Shown here: positions 1 to 9,847 of the stretch, piece by piece
Layout of the letters: every line of letters starts with the position of its first letter
Numbering within the stretch: position 1 is the stretch's first letter
Source of the DNA: a virus
Taxonomy: Duplodnaviria; Caudoviricetes
Length of the DNA stretch: 64,000 nucleotides
Virus record (IMG/VR): IMGVR_UViG_3300035422_000089
Location: 1 to 64,000 of that record
Reading direction: 5' to 3' (one strand)
Notes under the pieces: model-generated
What the model was told of the DNA's origin: nothing
What the model saw: only the letters and a program-made list of their open reading frames with translations
Database searches by the model: none
Program-made: the position numbers and the translations under genes

Positions 1-2
1 AT

Positions 3-161
3 GGAGTTGAAGTAGAGATATCTAATAGTCCAATGTTGTCAATAAGATGGGAGGATTTCAGAGAAATACTTAGCAAGTGCTTTGATATGGCAAAAGACGG
101 AGAAGAGAAGTTTGAAGTTATAAACAGAATTCTTGGCATGGCTGAAAAGCGTATGATATAA
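3..161 (+). CDS. 3' end of hypothetical protein (runs off window start)
   Basis: Open frame from position 3 to TAA 159-161. Confidence 0.5.
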   Translation, partial: GVEVEISNSPMLSIRWEDFREILSKCFDMAKDGEEKFEVINRILGMAEKRMI

Positions 162-181
162 TAATGAGAAGCAAAGGTTGA

Positions 182-418
182 ATGAATATGAATATTGCAA
201 CATATCAAACAACACCAGAAAATCATGGAGAAGGAACCTATTTCTTTACAGATTGTGGACACAATATGTATTCTATAAGAGATAATATGGCATATCATGG
301 TTGTTTGTGTCCTGGCTGTTTATATAAAGGGATACAGACAATATTGTATATTAGAGGTTCAGAAAAAGCAAATAAGTATTGGAATGAGAAACAGAAGAAA
401 ATGGAAATGAATGATTGA
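182..418 (+). CDS. Hypothetical protein, Cys-containing
   Basis: ORF on the coding strand; Cys cluster (CLCPGC). Confidence 0.6.
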   Translation: MNMNIATYQTTPENHGEGTYFFTDCGHNMYSIRDNMAYHGCLCPGCLYKGIQTILYIRGSEKANKYWNEKQKKMEMND

Positions 419-435
419 TTTTATTGGAGGATATT

Positions 436-1245
436 ATGGGAAAGAAGAAAATAGAAAAAGAATTGACTAAAGAGGAAAAATTGCAACAGGAAAAGGAAAG
501 AGGAATAGAGCAAATACAGAGGGAACTACCTTTTATAAATACGCCATCATATTTTTTTAATGTGGGTGATAAAGTAAGTTATGGCGCGATTAAAGAAAGT
601 GTTGTTGAAGATATTTTGTATGATGGAAAAGTATATGTTTTAAAGTGCGTTGCGACTAATAATAATTATGGACGTCCTTATGATTATGAAACTTATCGTG
701 TTACATCATGGACAAATGTAAGACCGATTTGTACTGATAATGATACTAATTTCTCTGAAAACCAGGATGTACGATTGGACTACTATAATTCAACTATAGA
801 AAGTCTGTTGAGAAGGAATTATGCTTTTGGAATAGACTTTGATCCAGATTATCAGAGAGGATATGTTTGGGATGCGAAGGACAAGGAAATGTTATTGGAT
901 AGCATTTTCAAAAATATAGATATTGGAAAGTTTGTATTGATTCATATATCAGATGAAGAATGGCATAAGAGAGGATTAGGTTATGAAATACTTGATGGAA
1001 AGCAGCGTTTAAGCACTCTCATTGAGTTTTATGAGAACAAATTAGCATACAAAGGAAAGTACTATAATGATTTGAGTGGAATGGATAAGATGGCTTTTAC
1101 AGAACACCAAGTTGCTGTCGCAGAAGTAAGGGAAACGGACAAGAAGACAGTGTTAAAATATTTCTTAATGCTTAACAGGACAGGAAAATCTATGGATGAA
1201 TCACATCTGGAAGAAGTAGAAAAGATGCTGGATAGTATGAAATAG
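436..1245 (+). CDS. DUF262 (ParB/Srx-like, GmrSD N-terminal) domain protein
   Basis: PDYQRGYVW, ILDGKQRL and FLMLNRTGK motifs; GGAGG SD before ATG 436 (track start 415 is over-extended). Confidence 0.8.
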   Translation: MGKKKIEKELTKEEKLQQEKERGIEQIQRELPFINTPSYFFNVGDKVSYGAIKESVVEDILYDGKVYVLKCVATNNNYGRPYDYETYRVTSWTNVRPICTDNDTNFSENQDVRLDYYNSTIESLLRRNYAFGIDFDPDYQRGYVWDAKDKEMLLDSIFKNIDIGKFVLIHISDEEWHKRGLGYEILDGKQRLSTLIEFYENKLAYKGKYYNDLSGMDKMAFTEHQVAVAEVRETDKKTVLKYFLMLNRTGKSMDESHLEEVEKMLDSMK

Positions 1246-1278
1246 GCAGTTGAAAACTTGATTTTATTGGAGGTTTTA

Positions 1279-1728
1279 ATGGAAGATAATTATACTGGCG
1301 ATATGATTCTGATAGATAGATTATCAGAATTTTATCCTGTTAATAGTTGGTCATGGAATGAAGGCGAGGTTGTAGAACTTGATGACATTGCTTGTGCAAT
1401 TCATGAAGGACATCCAGAGGAATCAGAGCCGTTTGGTGATACATGGAAACATCCTTGTATGGAGAATAAATCTACTGAGTGGCATATAGGAAGGATTTTA
1501 TATTTTATAAAACATCCAGAGGAAATTAGAGATATAGAGGTTGATAATCTATACAGTGGAGATTATATTTTCCCTGTACCTTCAATCATTGATGGAAACC
1601 ATAGATTTATGGCAGCTATGTGGTTACAGGATCAAGGAAAGATGGGAAAAGTTCATTGTAGATATGGTGGTAGAATGGATTTGTTGGATTATCTGGTTGG
1701 GAAAACTGATGTGTGCCCTGATGAATAG
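1279..1728 (+). CDS. ParB/Srx-fold protein
   Basis: IIDGNHRFMA motif; GGAGG SD before ATG 1279. Confidence 0.6.
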   Translation: MEDNYTGDMILIDRLSEFYPVNSWSWNEGEVVELDDIACAIHEGHPEESEPFGDTWKHPCMENKSTEWHIGRILYFIKHPEEIRDIEVDNLYSGDYIFPVPSIIDGNHRFMAAMWLQDQGKMGKVHCRYGGRMDLLDYLVGKTDVCPDE

Positions 1729-1741
1729 GCGAGGTGGTTAT

Positions 1742-1927
1742 ATGGATTATAAGGAATGGGAATCTTTAAAAACTGGAGATAGAGTAAAAAGACTTTTTGA
1801 AGGCGCAGGAACCATTATCGCAAGTTGTGGCATTGGACGTGTGGTTAGATTTGATAGTGGAAAAGTAGAAAGAATATCTGATGGAGATTTACATAAGATA
1901 GTCAGTCGAAAGAAAGGTGACGACTAA
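1742..1927 (+). CDS. Hypothetical protein
   Basis: GAGGT SD before ATG 1742; the 5' part of track ORF 1541..1927 overlaps the previous gene. Confidence 0.6.
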   Translation: MDYKEWESLKTGDRVKRLFEGAGTIIASCGIGRVVRFDSGKVERISDGDLHKIVSRKKGDD

Positions 1928-2110
1928 ATGAAAGTATTATATTGTGATTGTTGTAAGCGTAAAATTGGAGACTATGAACAGGTGTATTCTATTGAAATAA
2001 AGCATGGAGTTGATAATGAATTTATATTAGATGATGTTTGCGATGAGTGTTATGAAAAATTCAAAGATATTATAGAAAATGCTGAAAGATGGAGACAAAA
2101 TAGGCAATAA
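1928..2110 (+). CDS. Hypothetical CxxC zinc-ribbon protein
   Basis: CDCC and CDEC pairs; SD AAAGGTGA. Confidence 0.6.
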   Translation: MKVLYCDCCKRKIGDYEQVYSIEIKHGVDNEFILDDVCDECYEKFKDIIENAERWRQNRQ

Positions 2111-2127
2111 ATGTCTGATTTTAAGGA

Positions 2128-2541
2128 GTGGTGATTTTGATATTATATCATGGCACATCGTCTAAACAAGCAAAAGAATCAATTATAAATAATGGATTCA
2201 AAATCTGTACAGATGGGAATTATGGGAATGGAATTTATTTGACATCACATTTTGAATTAGCTATGGATTATACATATAATGATAAAGACAGAAAGAATCA
2301 TGAGGAATTAATAATTCCTGTTCATATTTATAATAGGGATATAAAAATTTTACAGTATAAAACATTAGCGAATAGATTAGGTAAAATATGTAAGAAAAAC
2401 CCTGATTTTGAAACAGCATTAGAGCTGCCAGAAGTTGAAGAATATGCAAGAAATAATGGGATCAGAGCTTTGCTGATTCAATATAATTACTACGATGAGA
2501 TTGTGGTTTATGATCCCAGCGTGATTAGAAAAATAGGTTAA
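2128..2541 (+). CDS. ADP-ribosyltransferase (PARP/HYE-type catalytic domain)
   Basis: LYHGTS, GNYGNGIYLT and DEIVVY match the H-Y-E triad of the ART fold. Confidence 0.7.
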   Translation: MVILILYHGTSSKQAKESIINNGFKICTDGNYGNGIYLTSHFELAMDYTYNDKDRKNHEELIIPVHIYNRDIKILQYKTLANRLGKICKKNPDFETALELPEVEEYARNNGIRALLIQYNYYDEIVVYDPSVIRKIG

Positions 2542-2568
2542 AATTCGATTTTTATTGGGAGGAAGATT

Positions 2569-2862
2569 ATGAATATGGGATATAGACCTAAATATTATAA
2601 CTGTATATTAGATAAAATCATCACAGAAGGGAGTAAAAATTTATTTAGATTAATTTGGAAAGAAACAAATACTAAGATAGAGAAATATGTTGACCAACCA
2701 TCGGAATTGATTTTGGAAAGAATGAAAGAAATTGTTTCTGGTAAAAGAGACAAATTATATTTGACACATGGAATGAGAGATATTGATGTGTCTTATTTAG
2801 GAGATAATAAGTGGCAGCTATTTGATGAATATGATATTTTTGAATTTGAAATGGCTGTGTGA
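2569..2862 (+). CDS. Hypothetical protein
   Basis: ORF with GGAGG SD. Confidence 0.65.
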   Translation: MNMGYRPKYYNCILDKIITEGSKNLFRLIWKETNTKIEKYVDQPSELILERMKEIVSGKRDKLYLTHGMRDIDVSYLGDNKWQLFDEYDIFEFEMAV

Positions 2863-2871
2863 GGTAAATAT

Positions 2872-3066
2872 ATGGTGTTGATGAAAAATGAAACTGAAAA
2901 AACATATCCAAGACAGTGTACAGAGGATAAAGATGGAGAGTATAGATATCTTTATACAGAATGTGGAAACTATTGGTATTCTGTCAATGTTAATCCGATG
3001 AGACGGGATAATTGTATATGTCCTAAGTGTGGCAGGACGGTGAAGGTTATAATGGAGGAAATGTAG
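2872..3066 (+). CDS. Hypothetical zinc-ribbon protein
   Basis: TECG and CPKCG; SD GAGGT. Confidence 0.6.
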   Translation: MVLMKNETEKTYPRQCTEDKDGEYRYLYTECGNYWYSVNVNPMRRDNCICPKCGRTVKVIMEEM

Positions 3067-3255
3067 ATGAATAAAGCGATTAGTTGGAAGAAGGACGAAC
3101 ATTTTTCAGGAGAAGGGAAAGAATATAGTTGTACAGATGCATATGCGAAGTATGAGACTGCTATGGTTGGGATTACTGATGATAACGGAGAGATTATTGA
3201 AGTCGATATAAATGATAATGATTTTGACTTTATATTTGATCATAACAAGTCTTAA
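3067..3255 (+). CDS. Hypothetical protein
   Basis: ORF with GGAGG SD, abutting the previous stop. Confidence 0.6.
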   Translation: MNKAISWKKDEHFSGEGKEYSCTDAYAKYETAMVGITDDNGEIIEVDINDNDFDFIFDHNKS

Positions 3256-3290
3256 AATCCGGTTTTCAAGTGGAAAAGTGAGGTGTTTTT

Positions 3291-3590
3291 ATGAAAATAA
3301 ATATAGATGAAATTAGGAAGGAACCATTAAAGAAAGAGCGACTTGCGTATAATGGAAGGACTGGTAACAGAATTGATGTCGAGATATATTTAAGTCCTTT
3401 AAGAGCCATGTATAAAGTTGGAAAAGAAGGTGAAGAATCAGCACTCCTTTTTGATAATTTGAATGGTGCTATTGAAAAATTTAATTCGCTTGAAGAGCAA
3501 GATAAAAGAAGCTGTGAGACATGTGGTGTAACACAGGATTCATATTGTAATGGATGTGAAGAATATAATAAATGGTTTCGTAAGGAATAG
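3291..3590 (+). CDS. Hypothetical protein with C-terminal Cys motif
   Basis: SD GAGGTG; CETC and CNGC. Confidence 0.6.
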   Translation: MKINIDEIRKEPLKKERLAYNGRTGNRIDVEIYLSPLRAMYKVGKEGEESALLFDNLNGAIEKFNSLEEQDKRSCETCGVTQDSYCNGCEEYNKWFRKE

Positions 3591-3605
3591 GAGGAATAGG
3601 TATAT

Positions 3606-4019
3606 ATGAGTTTGTATGATAAAGAATTGGAAAGAACAGATGAAATATTTAATGCTGTAAAAGAAATTGTAGATAAAGGAAATCTTGGAAACAAAATAGA
3701 GATTGTCAGAATGTTTTCAGCAGCAAGACGAGAATATGAATTAAATCAGTTAAAGGATAAATTTGAAGAAAAGTCTGGAAGAAAGTATATTAGAGAAGTG
3801 ATTGTTATTGATGAGCAATCTGCTATTGTAATATCACAGAGAGATGATAATCCTGAGCATGGATTTTGGTATCAGCCAATAATACTGAGTAATTACAGTA
3901 ATGTCTTGTATGAGACAATGGATCAAGCACTAATCGGAATGGTATGCTTGAAAACGGACAACTTAAATGCAAGTACATGGATTAATAAAATGCTTGGAAT
4001 TGAAAATGTGGAAAATTAG
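3606..4019 (+). CDS. Hypothetical protein
   Basis: ORF with SD. Confidence 0.65.
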   Translation: MSLYDKELERTDEIFNAVKEIVDKGNLGNKIEIVRMFSAARREYELNQLKDKFEEKSGRKYIREVIVIDEQSAIVISQRDDNPEHGFWYQPIILSNYSNVLYETMDQALIGMVCLKTDNLNASTWINKMLGIENVEN

Positions 4020-4046
4020 AAATTTCAGGAGAAGAAGAGGTATTGC

Positions 4047-4343
4047 ATGGCAAAAAGAAAAACATATAAAAGTATGCCATATGAAATAAAACAGAAATTA
4101 AGGCAATATGCAAGGATACAGACTAAAGCATTTAGATTATCAAAAGAAATCGGCGAGATGTTTGAAAGTTATGGAGTGCCAGAAGAAAATTTAATTGCGT
4201 TAGGTGATACTTCATGGGATTGTGAGGAACCACAAACGGAAGGACTCGCTTTTTTACATAATGGTGAGTGTAGTGATTTAGAGGAAACAATAAAGGATAT
4301 AGAAAGAGTATTTTTGTTTTTTGCAAATAAAGGTGTAGAATAG
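4047..4343 (+). CDS. Hypothetical protein
   Basis: ORF with GAGGT SD. Confidence 0.65.
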   Translation: MAKRKTYKSMPYEIKQKLRQYARIQTKAFRLSKEIGEMFESYGVPEENLIALGDTSWDCEEPQTEGLAFLHNGECSDLEETIKDIERVFLFFANKGVE

Positions 4344-4378
4344 TCTTGAAATGTTGCTTTTAAGCGGAGGAAAATAGA

Positions 4379-4606
4379 ATGAGTAAAATGTATAATGACA
4401 TAGTTGAAAGATTAAATAACAAAAAAGAGGAATTAACAAAATTACAAGAACAATTTAAAGTAATGTGTCATAATGACATGCAGTCACAATGTTTTGAACA
4501 AAATGCAATTCATTCTTTAATAGTAATGCAGCGTTTGAAATCTGAGATAGAAGAACTGGAATATTGGGAAATGTATGTGAGAATACAAATGACAAATGCA
4601 GATTAA
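4379..4606 (+). CDS. Hypothetical coiled-coil protein
   Basis: ORF with GGAGG SD. Confidence 0.6.
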   Translation: MSKMYNDIVERLNNKKEELTKLQEQFKVMCHNDMQSQCFEQNAIHSLIVMQRLKSEIEELEYWEMYVRIQMTNAD

Positions 4607-4640
4607 TATCAATGAAAGTTGTTTTAAGTGGAGGTAGAGC

Positions 4641-4886
4641 GTGTTTTTATATAGAGTAAAAGTAGAAGATGCAGAATTTAAATATGATGTTTATTCGGAG
4701 TTTGCTGTAATCGGTGAATCTGAAGAAAAAGTTATTGAAATAATTCAAAAAGAAGGGAATTATGATGGTGAAGTTCCAGAATATTTAGATGTCTCAAAAT
4801 TGAAAATAGAAAAAGTTGCTGATGTATCAAATGTAAAATCTGGATATGAAAACTGTATTGTTTCTTGTAACTATATAAATTCATAA
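4641..4886 (+). CDS. Hypothetical protein
   Basis: GTG start with GGAGGT SD. Confidence 0.6.
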   Translation: MFLYRVKVEDAEFKYDVYSEFAVIGESEEKVIEIIQKEGNYDGEVPEYLDVSKLKIEKVADVSNVKSGYENCIVSCNYINS

Positions 4887-4908
4887 ATTTAGGAATCGAG
4901 GTGCAAAT

Positions 4909-5228
4909 ATGTTAGTATTAAAGGGAAATGTAGGAAAATCTGTAGTTTTACAGTCACTTATGGAATCTTATCCAGATTCATACGCGATAGTATATGATAA
5001 AGAACCATCGAAACAATAGAGACTTGTTATGTATCATCAAAGGAATTTAACTTAGAAGATTTATGTGAGAGTATCAAAAGAGAAATTGAAAGCGAATGCA
5101 AATCAAGGTCAATGATTGTTGTCTATACAAACCTTCCTGAAAGTGAAATAGATTGTGTTAAATCCTTGGTGGAAAAATTTGAATCAGACCATTTCTGTAG
5201 GTGTGGTGTTGTAATGTGTAAGGAATAA
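4909..5228 (+). pseudogene. Frameshifted hypothetical gene
   Basis: ATG 4909 with GAGGTG SD stops near 5018; coding-like frame resumes near 5010 and runs to TAA 5226-5228; total 320 nt (one base short). Confidence 0.45.
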
Positions 5229-5375
5229 ATAATTTGGAGGAAAATATTGTGGATAATTTAAGAGATAGATTAATTACTGCCATTCAAGATTATGGCAATA
5301 GTGAAAGAGCAATGAATTTTGATGCGGAAGATATGGCTGAGTTTCTTATGGAAACCATTGATGAATTAAAAAAAA

Positions 5376-5597
5376 TTGAAAAGATCAGTAGGAAGCAAGG
5401 TTAGAATTAAGCAAGATTTGATTCCAGGTCATGTTTATGGCGGAACTGGATTTGAAGAAGATATGGTTGAGTATGTAGGTAAAGAAGCCACGATTACATA
5501 TCATGAATATGAAGAGGACTGCGCGCCAGCATATTTACTTGACATTGATGATTCATTTTGGAGTTGGAATGAAGAAATTTTGGAAGATATACAATGA
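5376..5597 (+). CDS. Hypothetical protein
   Basis: TTG-start ORF; weak SD. Confidence 0.55.
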   Translation: MKRSVGSKVRIKQDLIPGHVYGGTGFEEDMVEYVGKEATITYHEYEEDCAPAYLLDIDDSFWSWNEEILEDIQ

Positions 5598-5624
5598 AAT
5601 GCTGTATTTAATCGGAGGATTATT

Positions 5625-6568
5625 TTGAAAAAAGTCTATGATGGTATTATTGGTTTGGCTATAGGTGATGCATTGGGGGTTCCTGTTGAATTTAGAAGTA
5701 GGCAAGAAATTGTTAAAAATCCAGTTGTTGTGATGAGGGGATATGGGACACATAATCAGCCGATAGGAACTTGGTCAGATGATACAAGTTTGACATTAGC
5801 TTTAATGGACAGTATTGTTGAAAAGCGTAAAATAGATTATGCGGATATTATGGACAGGTTTTCTAATTGGTTAATGTATAATGATTATACTGCAACTGGA
5901 GAGGTTTTTGATGTGGGAAATTCTACCAGTAGAGCCATTATGAATTATGGACGTGGTATGAACCCATTAGAGTGTGGAGGTGTTTCGGAATATGAGAATG
6001 GAAATGGATCATTAATGAGAATTCTTCCGATTGCATTTTATTTATTAAAACGACCTGATTATGCAATAGAATATCAGATGGAGATTATACATAATATATC
6101 TAGTTTAACACATAGGCATCCTATAAGTTTTATAGGGTGTGGTATTTATATAAATATAGCAATGACATTGTTAGAGAATAAACAATCTTTGTATGAATCG
6201 GTTGAATATGGAATAAAGACTGTACTTAATTTTTATGAAAGCAAAGCGTGGGAAAATGTGGCTGCTTACTCACGATTAAAGAATTTATCAAGTTTTTCGG
6301 AATTGCCTGAAATAGAAATTAAAAGCGATGGGTAATTGTTCATACTTTAGAAGCAGCATTGTGGTGTTTATTGAATACAGAGTCATATACAGAATGTGTT
6401 TTAAAGGCAGTAAATCTTGGAGATGATACTGATACGATAGGTGCTGTTGTTGGTGGTTTGGCTGGAATTTACTATGGGTCAGATAAAATTCCTAAAGAAT
6501 GGTTGATTGCGTTAGCTCAAAGAAAGTATATAGAAGAATTATGTGAAAAGTTTCAAAGAATCGAATGA
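5625..6568 (+). pseudogene. ADP-ribosylglycohydrolase (DraG/ARH family), split by a 1-nt frameshift at about 6333
   Basis: IGDALG, WSDDT, GNGSLMR in 5625..6335; VHTLEAALWC and GDDTDT continue in the -1 frame to 6568. Confidence 0.8.
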
Positions 6569-6615
6569 AAGGCGGGTTTCTAGTCAAAGAAAATTATATA
6601 TAAACGAGGTGACAA

Positions 6616-7152
6616 ATGGCATACTTTCAGATAGATAAAAATCCAAAGAAGAAGTTTTTTGATCCAAAAATTGATAGATCAAAATTAGCGTATGAAGATT
6701 ATAAAGATGCAGCCGATGCTTTTATACGGAATGCAAAAGAGTATTATTTGTTTATTTATAAAGCATCAAATGGTAAGTTATATCAAGTATTAGATGTTTG
6801 GTGTCCATTCCTATCAAATTGTGGACTGGTTTGTGAGTTGTTGTTGAAATCGCTTTTGTGTTTAGAACAAACTGATTATATGAGTAAGTTGCATGGAAAA
6901 AATAAACATTCTTTATACAAGCTATACGATTTGTTGAAACCCATTACAAAAGAAGAAATTATTAATAAGTTTCCTCATAGAAGTGATAAGAAAGAAAATT
7001 TTGAGTTATGTCTAAAGGAGAATGCACAGACATTTTTTGAATTGAGATACTCAACAGAGTATATGGAGCTGGCTGGAGATATGTATTTTACACCTGATTT
7101 AATGGTAACTTTATATAATATGATAGATTCTAAAAAGCAAAACAAATTGTAA
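6616..7152 (+). CDS. Possible HEPN-like protein
   Basis: CELLLKSLL...HSLYKLY...FFELRY resembles the HEPN all-helical pattern; judged by eye only. Confidence 0.4.
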   Translation: MAYFQIDKNPKKKFFDPKIDRSKLAYEDYKDAADAFIRNAKEYYLFIYKASNGKLYQVLDVWCPFLSNCGLVCELLLKSLLCLEQTDYMSKLHGKNKHSLYKLYDLLKPITKEEIINKFPHRSDKKENFELCLKENAQTFFELRYSTEYMELAGDMYFTPDLMVTLYNMIDSKKQNKL

Positions 7153-7207
7153 TTGCTTTTATAAATATATATGAAATTCTAGTTTTATGTAATGGAGTGG
7201 TTGTGAT

Positions 7208-7732
7208 ATGATGAAATGGAGTGAGATACCTAAATTTAAGGAATTTGGAATAGTTAATCCTGTAAATTATGGCTTTGTATTATATGTGGAGTTTATAAAT
7301 GAACAGATTGATAAATATGATTTGCAGCTTAATCCAGAATTCCAACGTGGTCATGTATGGACAGAAGAACAGCAGATGAAATATATTGAATTTATTCTTC
7401 GTGGCGGGAAAACAGGAAGAGATTTTTATTTTAATTGGAATCAAAAAACCAATGAGTATGTATGTGTTGATGGATTACAGCGCACTAAGGCATTTGTGCG
7501 ATTTGTTACTGGTGAAATAATGGTATTTGGACAATACTATGATGACTTTGGTTTTACTAAGAGAGTAGCAGGTTATAACCCATTACCAGAGTTTCAGATT
7601 AATGTATATATGAATCATTTGGAGAATAAGAAAGAGATTTTAGAATGGTATGTAGATATGAATTCTGGTGGAACACCACATACAAATGCTGAGATTGAAA
7701 GAGTTAAGAAAATGATTCAGGAACTTAGATGA
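7208..7732 (+). CDS. Stand-alone DUF262 domain protein
   Basis: PEFQRGHVW, CVDGLQRT and MNSGGTP. Confidence 0.8.
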   Translation: MMKWSEIPKFKEFGIVNPVNYGFVLYVEFINEQIDKYDLQLNPEFQRGHVWTEEQQMKYIEFILRGGKTGRDFYFNWNQKTNEYVCVDGLQRTKAFVRFVTGEIMVFGQYYDDFGFTKRVAGYNPLPEFQINVYMNHLENKKEILEWYVDMNSGGTPHTNAEIERVKKMIQELR

Positions 7733-7757
7733 TTAAAACATATGTGAGGGTATTGAG

Positions 7758-8498
7758 ATGAATAGTCCTGAGAATATTGAATTTTTAAATTTTCTTGTGA
7801 AGAGATTCAAAATAGAAAGAGATAAGTTTGACAGATCTGGTGTATATGCATATACACAGCGTTTGTTTGCCTATCATTCAAATAAGATTGAAGGAAGCAT
7901 ACTAACTGAAGAACAGACGGCTTTTTTGTTTGACAATGGAACTTTACCCAGGTCAGATGATTGCTATAGAGCAAAAGATGTTGAGGAAATGAATGGGCAT
8001 TTTCTTATGTTTAACAGGATGTTAGATACATTGGACGAGCCATTATCACAGGAACTGATAAAGCAATTCCATTATGAATTAAAATCTGGGGTATTTGAGG
8101 ATCGTGCTAACGGATATGCTATTGGAGATTATAAACAGCGTCCTAATATGATTGGTATGTACGAAACAGTAAGGCCTGAGAATGTTACACAGGAAATGAA
8201 TTTGCTTATGGATTGGTATAATAGCCAGGAAGTAGATATTTCTGTATTAGCTGAATTCCATGCTAGGTATGAGAGTATTCATCCTTTCCAAGATGGAAAT
8301 GGCAGAACAGGTAGATTGATTCTTTTTAGAGAGTGCATGAAGAATTGTGTTGTGCCGGTTGTGATTGAAGATGCAAATAGAAATAAGTATCTGGAGGCAT
8401 TGAAAGAATATAGAGAAGAAAAAAGTCTGGATAAATTGATTACACTTTTTGAAAAAGAGCAGCAATTCTATTTTGAAAAGTGTAAGTATTTTATGTGA
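7758..8498 (+). CDS. Fic family AMPylase
   Basis: Canonical HPFQDGNGRTGR motif. Confidence 0.9.
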   Translation: MNSPENIEFLNFLVKRFKIERDKFDRSGVYAYTQRLFAYHSNKIEGSILTEEQTAFLFDNGTLPRSDDCYRAKDVEEMNGHFLMFNRMLDTLDEPLSQELIKQFHYELKSGVFEDRANGYAIGDYKQRPNMIGMYETVRPENVTQEMNLLMDWYNSQEVDISVLAEFHARYESIHPFQDGNGRTGRLILFRECMKNCVVPVVIEDANRNKYLEALKEYREEKSLDKLITLFEKEQQFYFEKCKYFM

Positions 8499-8510
8499 GA
8501 GGTAATCTAT

Positions 8511-8690
8511 ATGGCAAATAAAAATTATTATTGTGTTAAAGCGAGTAAAGGAAATGCATGTGATACTATTTCTTTTGAGAAAGATGAAGATGGTATGATT
8601 TGTATTCACATGGAGGGCGAAGAGTTAAAGTTTATCGTAAAAGAAACAAAAGAAATTACGGATAAACTAAGAAAATGTGCGAATGAATAG
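8511..8690 (+). CDS. Hypothetical 59-aa protein (not in track)
   Basis: GAGGT SD; ATG 8511 open to TAG 8688-8690. Confidence 0.5.
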   Translation: MANKNYYCVKASKGNACDTISFEKDEDGMICIHMEGEELKFIVKETKEITDKLRKCANE

Positions 8691-8732
8691 ACATAAAAGT
8701 GAAAATTCAAGACTAAATATAGAGGTAGTAGT

Positions 8733-9158
8733 ATGATAGGAGATAAGTATATAGTAAAATCTGATTGCCAGATTAGCCGATTTAAGTTAAAGCATGGGGA
8801 TATACTGACAGAAACTGGAACATATAACTTTGAAACAGAAGAATATGAAGATGGTGGAGAATACAACGATCTTAGAAAAGGTACGACCAATGCAAGTATC
8901 ATTACTGTCATGCCTTTGACTCATATTATAAAAAAACAACATCTTCCAGTACATGGATGTTTACAAGCCGAATCAGAAACAGGGTTGTCTATGTATTCAA
9001 TGATTCTTGGAGAACAGCCACAAACAATTTGTAAGGCAGAAGTGATAAAGAAGTTAGGAAATGTAACTGATAAAAAACAAAGAAATAACGTTAATAAAGT
9101 TTGTTTCAATACATTTTTCTTTGGAGAAATAATTAATTGGGAAGAGGTGTTAGCATAA
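8733..9158 (+). CDS. Chimeric or truncated PemK/MazF-like protein
   Basis: C-terminal half (ITVMPLT..HLPVH..ILGEQPQTICK) is PemK-like; the N-terminus lacks the usual G.EQ..RP segment. Confidence 0.45.
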   Translation: MIGDKYIVKSDCQISRFKLKHGDILTETGTYNFETEEYEDGGEYNDLRKGTTNASIITVMPLTHIIKKQHLPVHGCLQAESETGLSMYSMILGEQPQTICKAEVIKKLGNVTDKKQRNNVNKVCFNTFFFGEIINWEEVLA

Positions 9159-9427
9159 TGGGAGTAATTGTTTGTTCTGTTAAAGATGCATTTGAATTAA
9201 TGAAGCATATGGATGAAGATGACATGGTTATTTTATCTGTTATTAATAAAAGGACATATGTTCATGATATTCCCAAAAAGATAAAAAAGAAAAATGGAGA
9301 AGAATTAATTAGGAAGGCTAATAATATATGTTATCAAGATAATATATTCTTTGGAACGTTATCGCTTTATGGCGTGGTAGAAGAAAATGATGCCATTCAT
9401 AACATTTTATTTCCACAGTTGGAATAA
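9158..9427 (+). CDS. Hypothetical protein
   Basis: ATG overlapping the previous TAA; GAGGTG SD. Confidence 0.6.
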   Translation: MGVIVCSVKDAFELMKHMDEDDMVILSVINKRTYVHDIPKKIKKKNGEELIRKANNICYQDNIFFGTLSLYGVVEENDAIHNILFPQLE

Positions 9428-9432
9428 AATAA

Positions 9433-9446
9433 CGAACATTTGTTCT
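9433..9446. promoter_or_regulatory. Gram-positive LexA (SOS) box
   Basis: CGAACATTTGTTCT fits GAAC-N4-GTTC. Confidence 0.7.
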
Positions 9447-9456
9447 GAATAAGGTA

Positions 9457-9485
9457 TTGACAATGGCAAACATATGTTCTATACT
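9457..9485 (+). promoter_or_regulatory. SigmaA promoter with a second SOS box in the spacer
   Basis: TTGACA (9457-62), 17 nt, TATACT (9480-85); CAAACATATGTTCT at 9467-9480. Confidence 0.8.
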
Positions 9486-9491
9486 TATAAT

Positions 9492-9680
9492 TGTTCACAA
9501 GCAATAAAAGACCCATCCTCAAACGGTGCTGGCACACCATCGGACAGGTCTTCTACATACATACAAATTCAAACGCCAAAAGGCTGATAAGAATTTGAAG
9601 CGCAGAACGCTAAAATTATTTTACATAATTTATTTTTAGTAGTCAAGTAAATTCAAGCGGTTCTGCAAAATATTCAATAG
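9492..9680 (+). ncRNA. Candidate structured leader or sRNA
   Basis: ORF-free and GC-richer; nested stems AAGACC/GGTCTT, GGTG-CTGGCA-CACC and GCAGAAC/GTTCTGC. Confidence 0.35.
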
Positions 9681-9767
9681 AATAAAAACCAAATATAGTA
9701 AGTATTGAACTATTGTAAAGTAATAAGGTGAAAGACTTTGACTTTTGCATTTGAGTTTGCTCAATTA

Positions 9768-9841
9768 GGATTATTAGCTCAGTTGGTTAGAGCAACCGGC
9801 TCATAACTGGTCAGTTATAGGTTCGAGTCCTATATAATTCA
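9768..9841 (+). tRNA. tRNA anticodon CAT (Ile2-like, lysidine-dependent; Met not excluded), CCA not encoded
   Basis: Full cloverleaf: acceptor GGATTAT/ATAATTC, D-arm GCTC/GAGC, anticodon stem ACCGG/CTGGT with loop CTCATAA, T-arm ATAGG-TTCGAGT-CCTAT. Confidence 0.9.
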
Positions 9842-9847
9842 TTAAAT

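Noticed and set aside
6321-6340. Programmed frameshift in the ADP-ribosylglycohydrolase
   Set aside because: No slippery heptamer or stimulatory stem; a 1-nt loss from GGG TAT ATT explains it.
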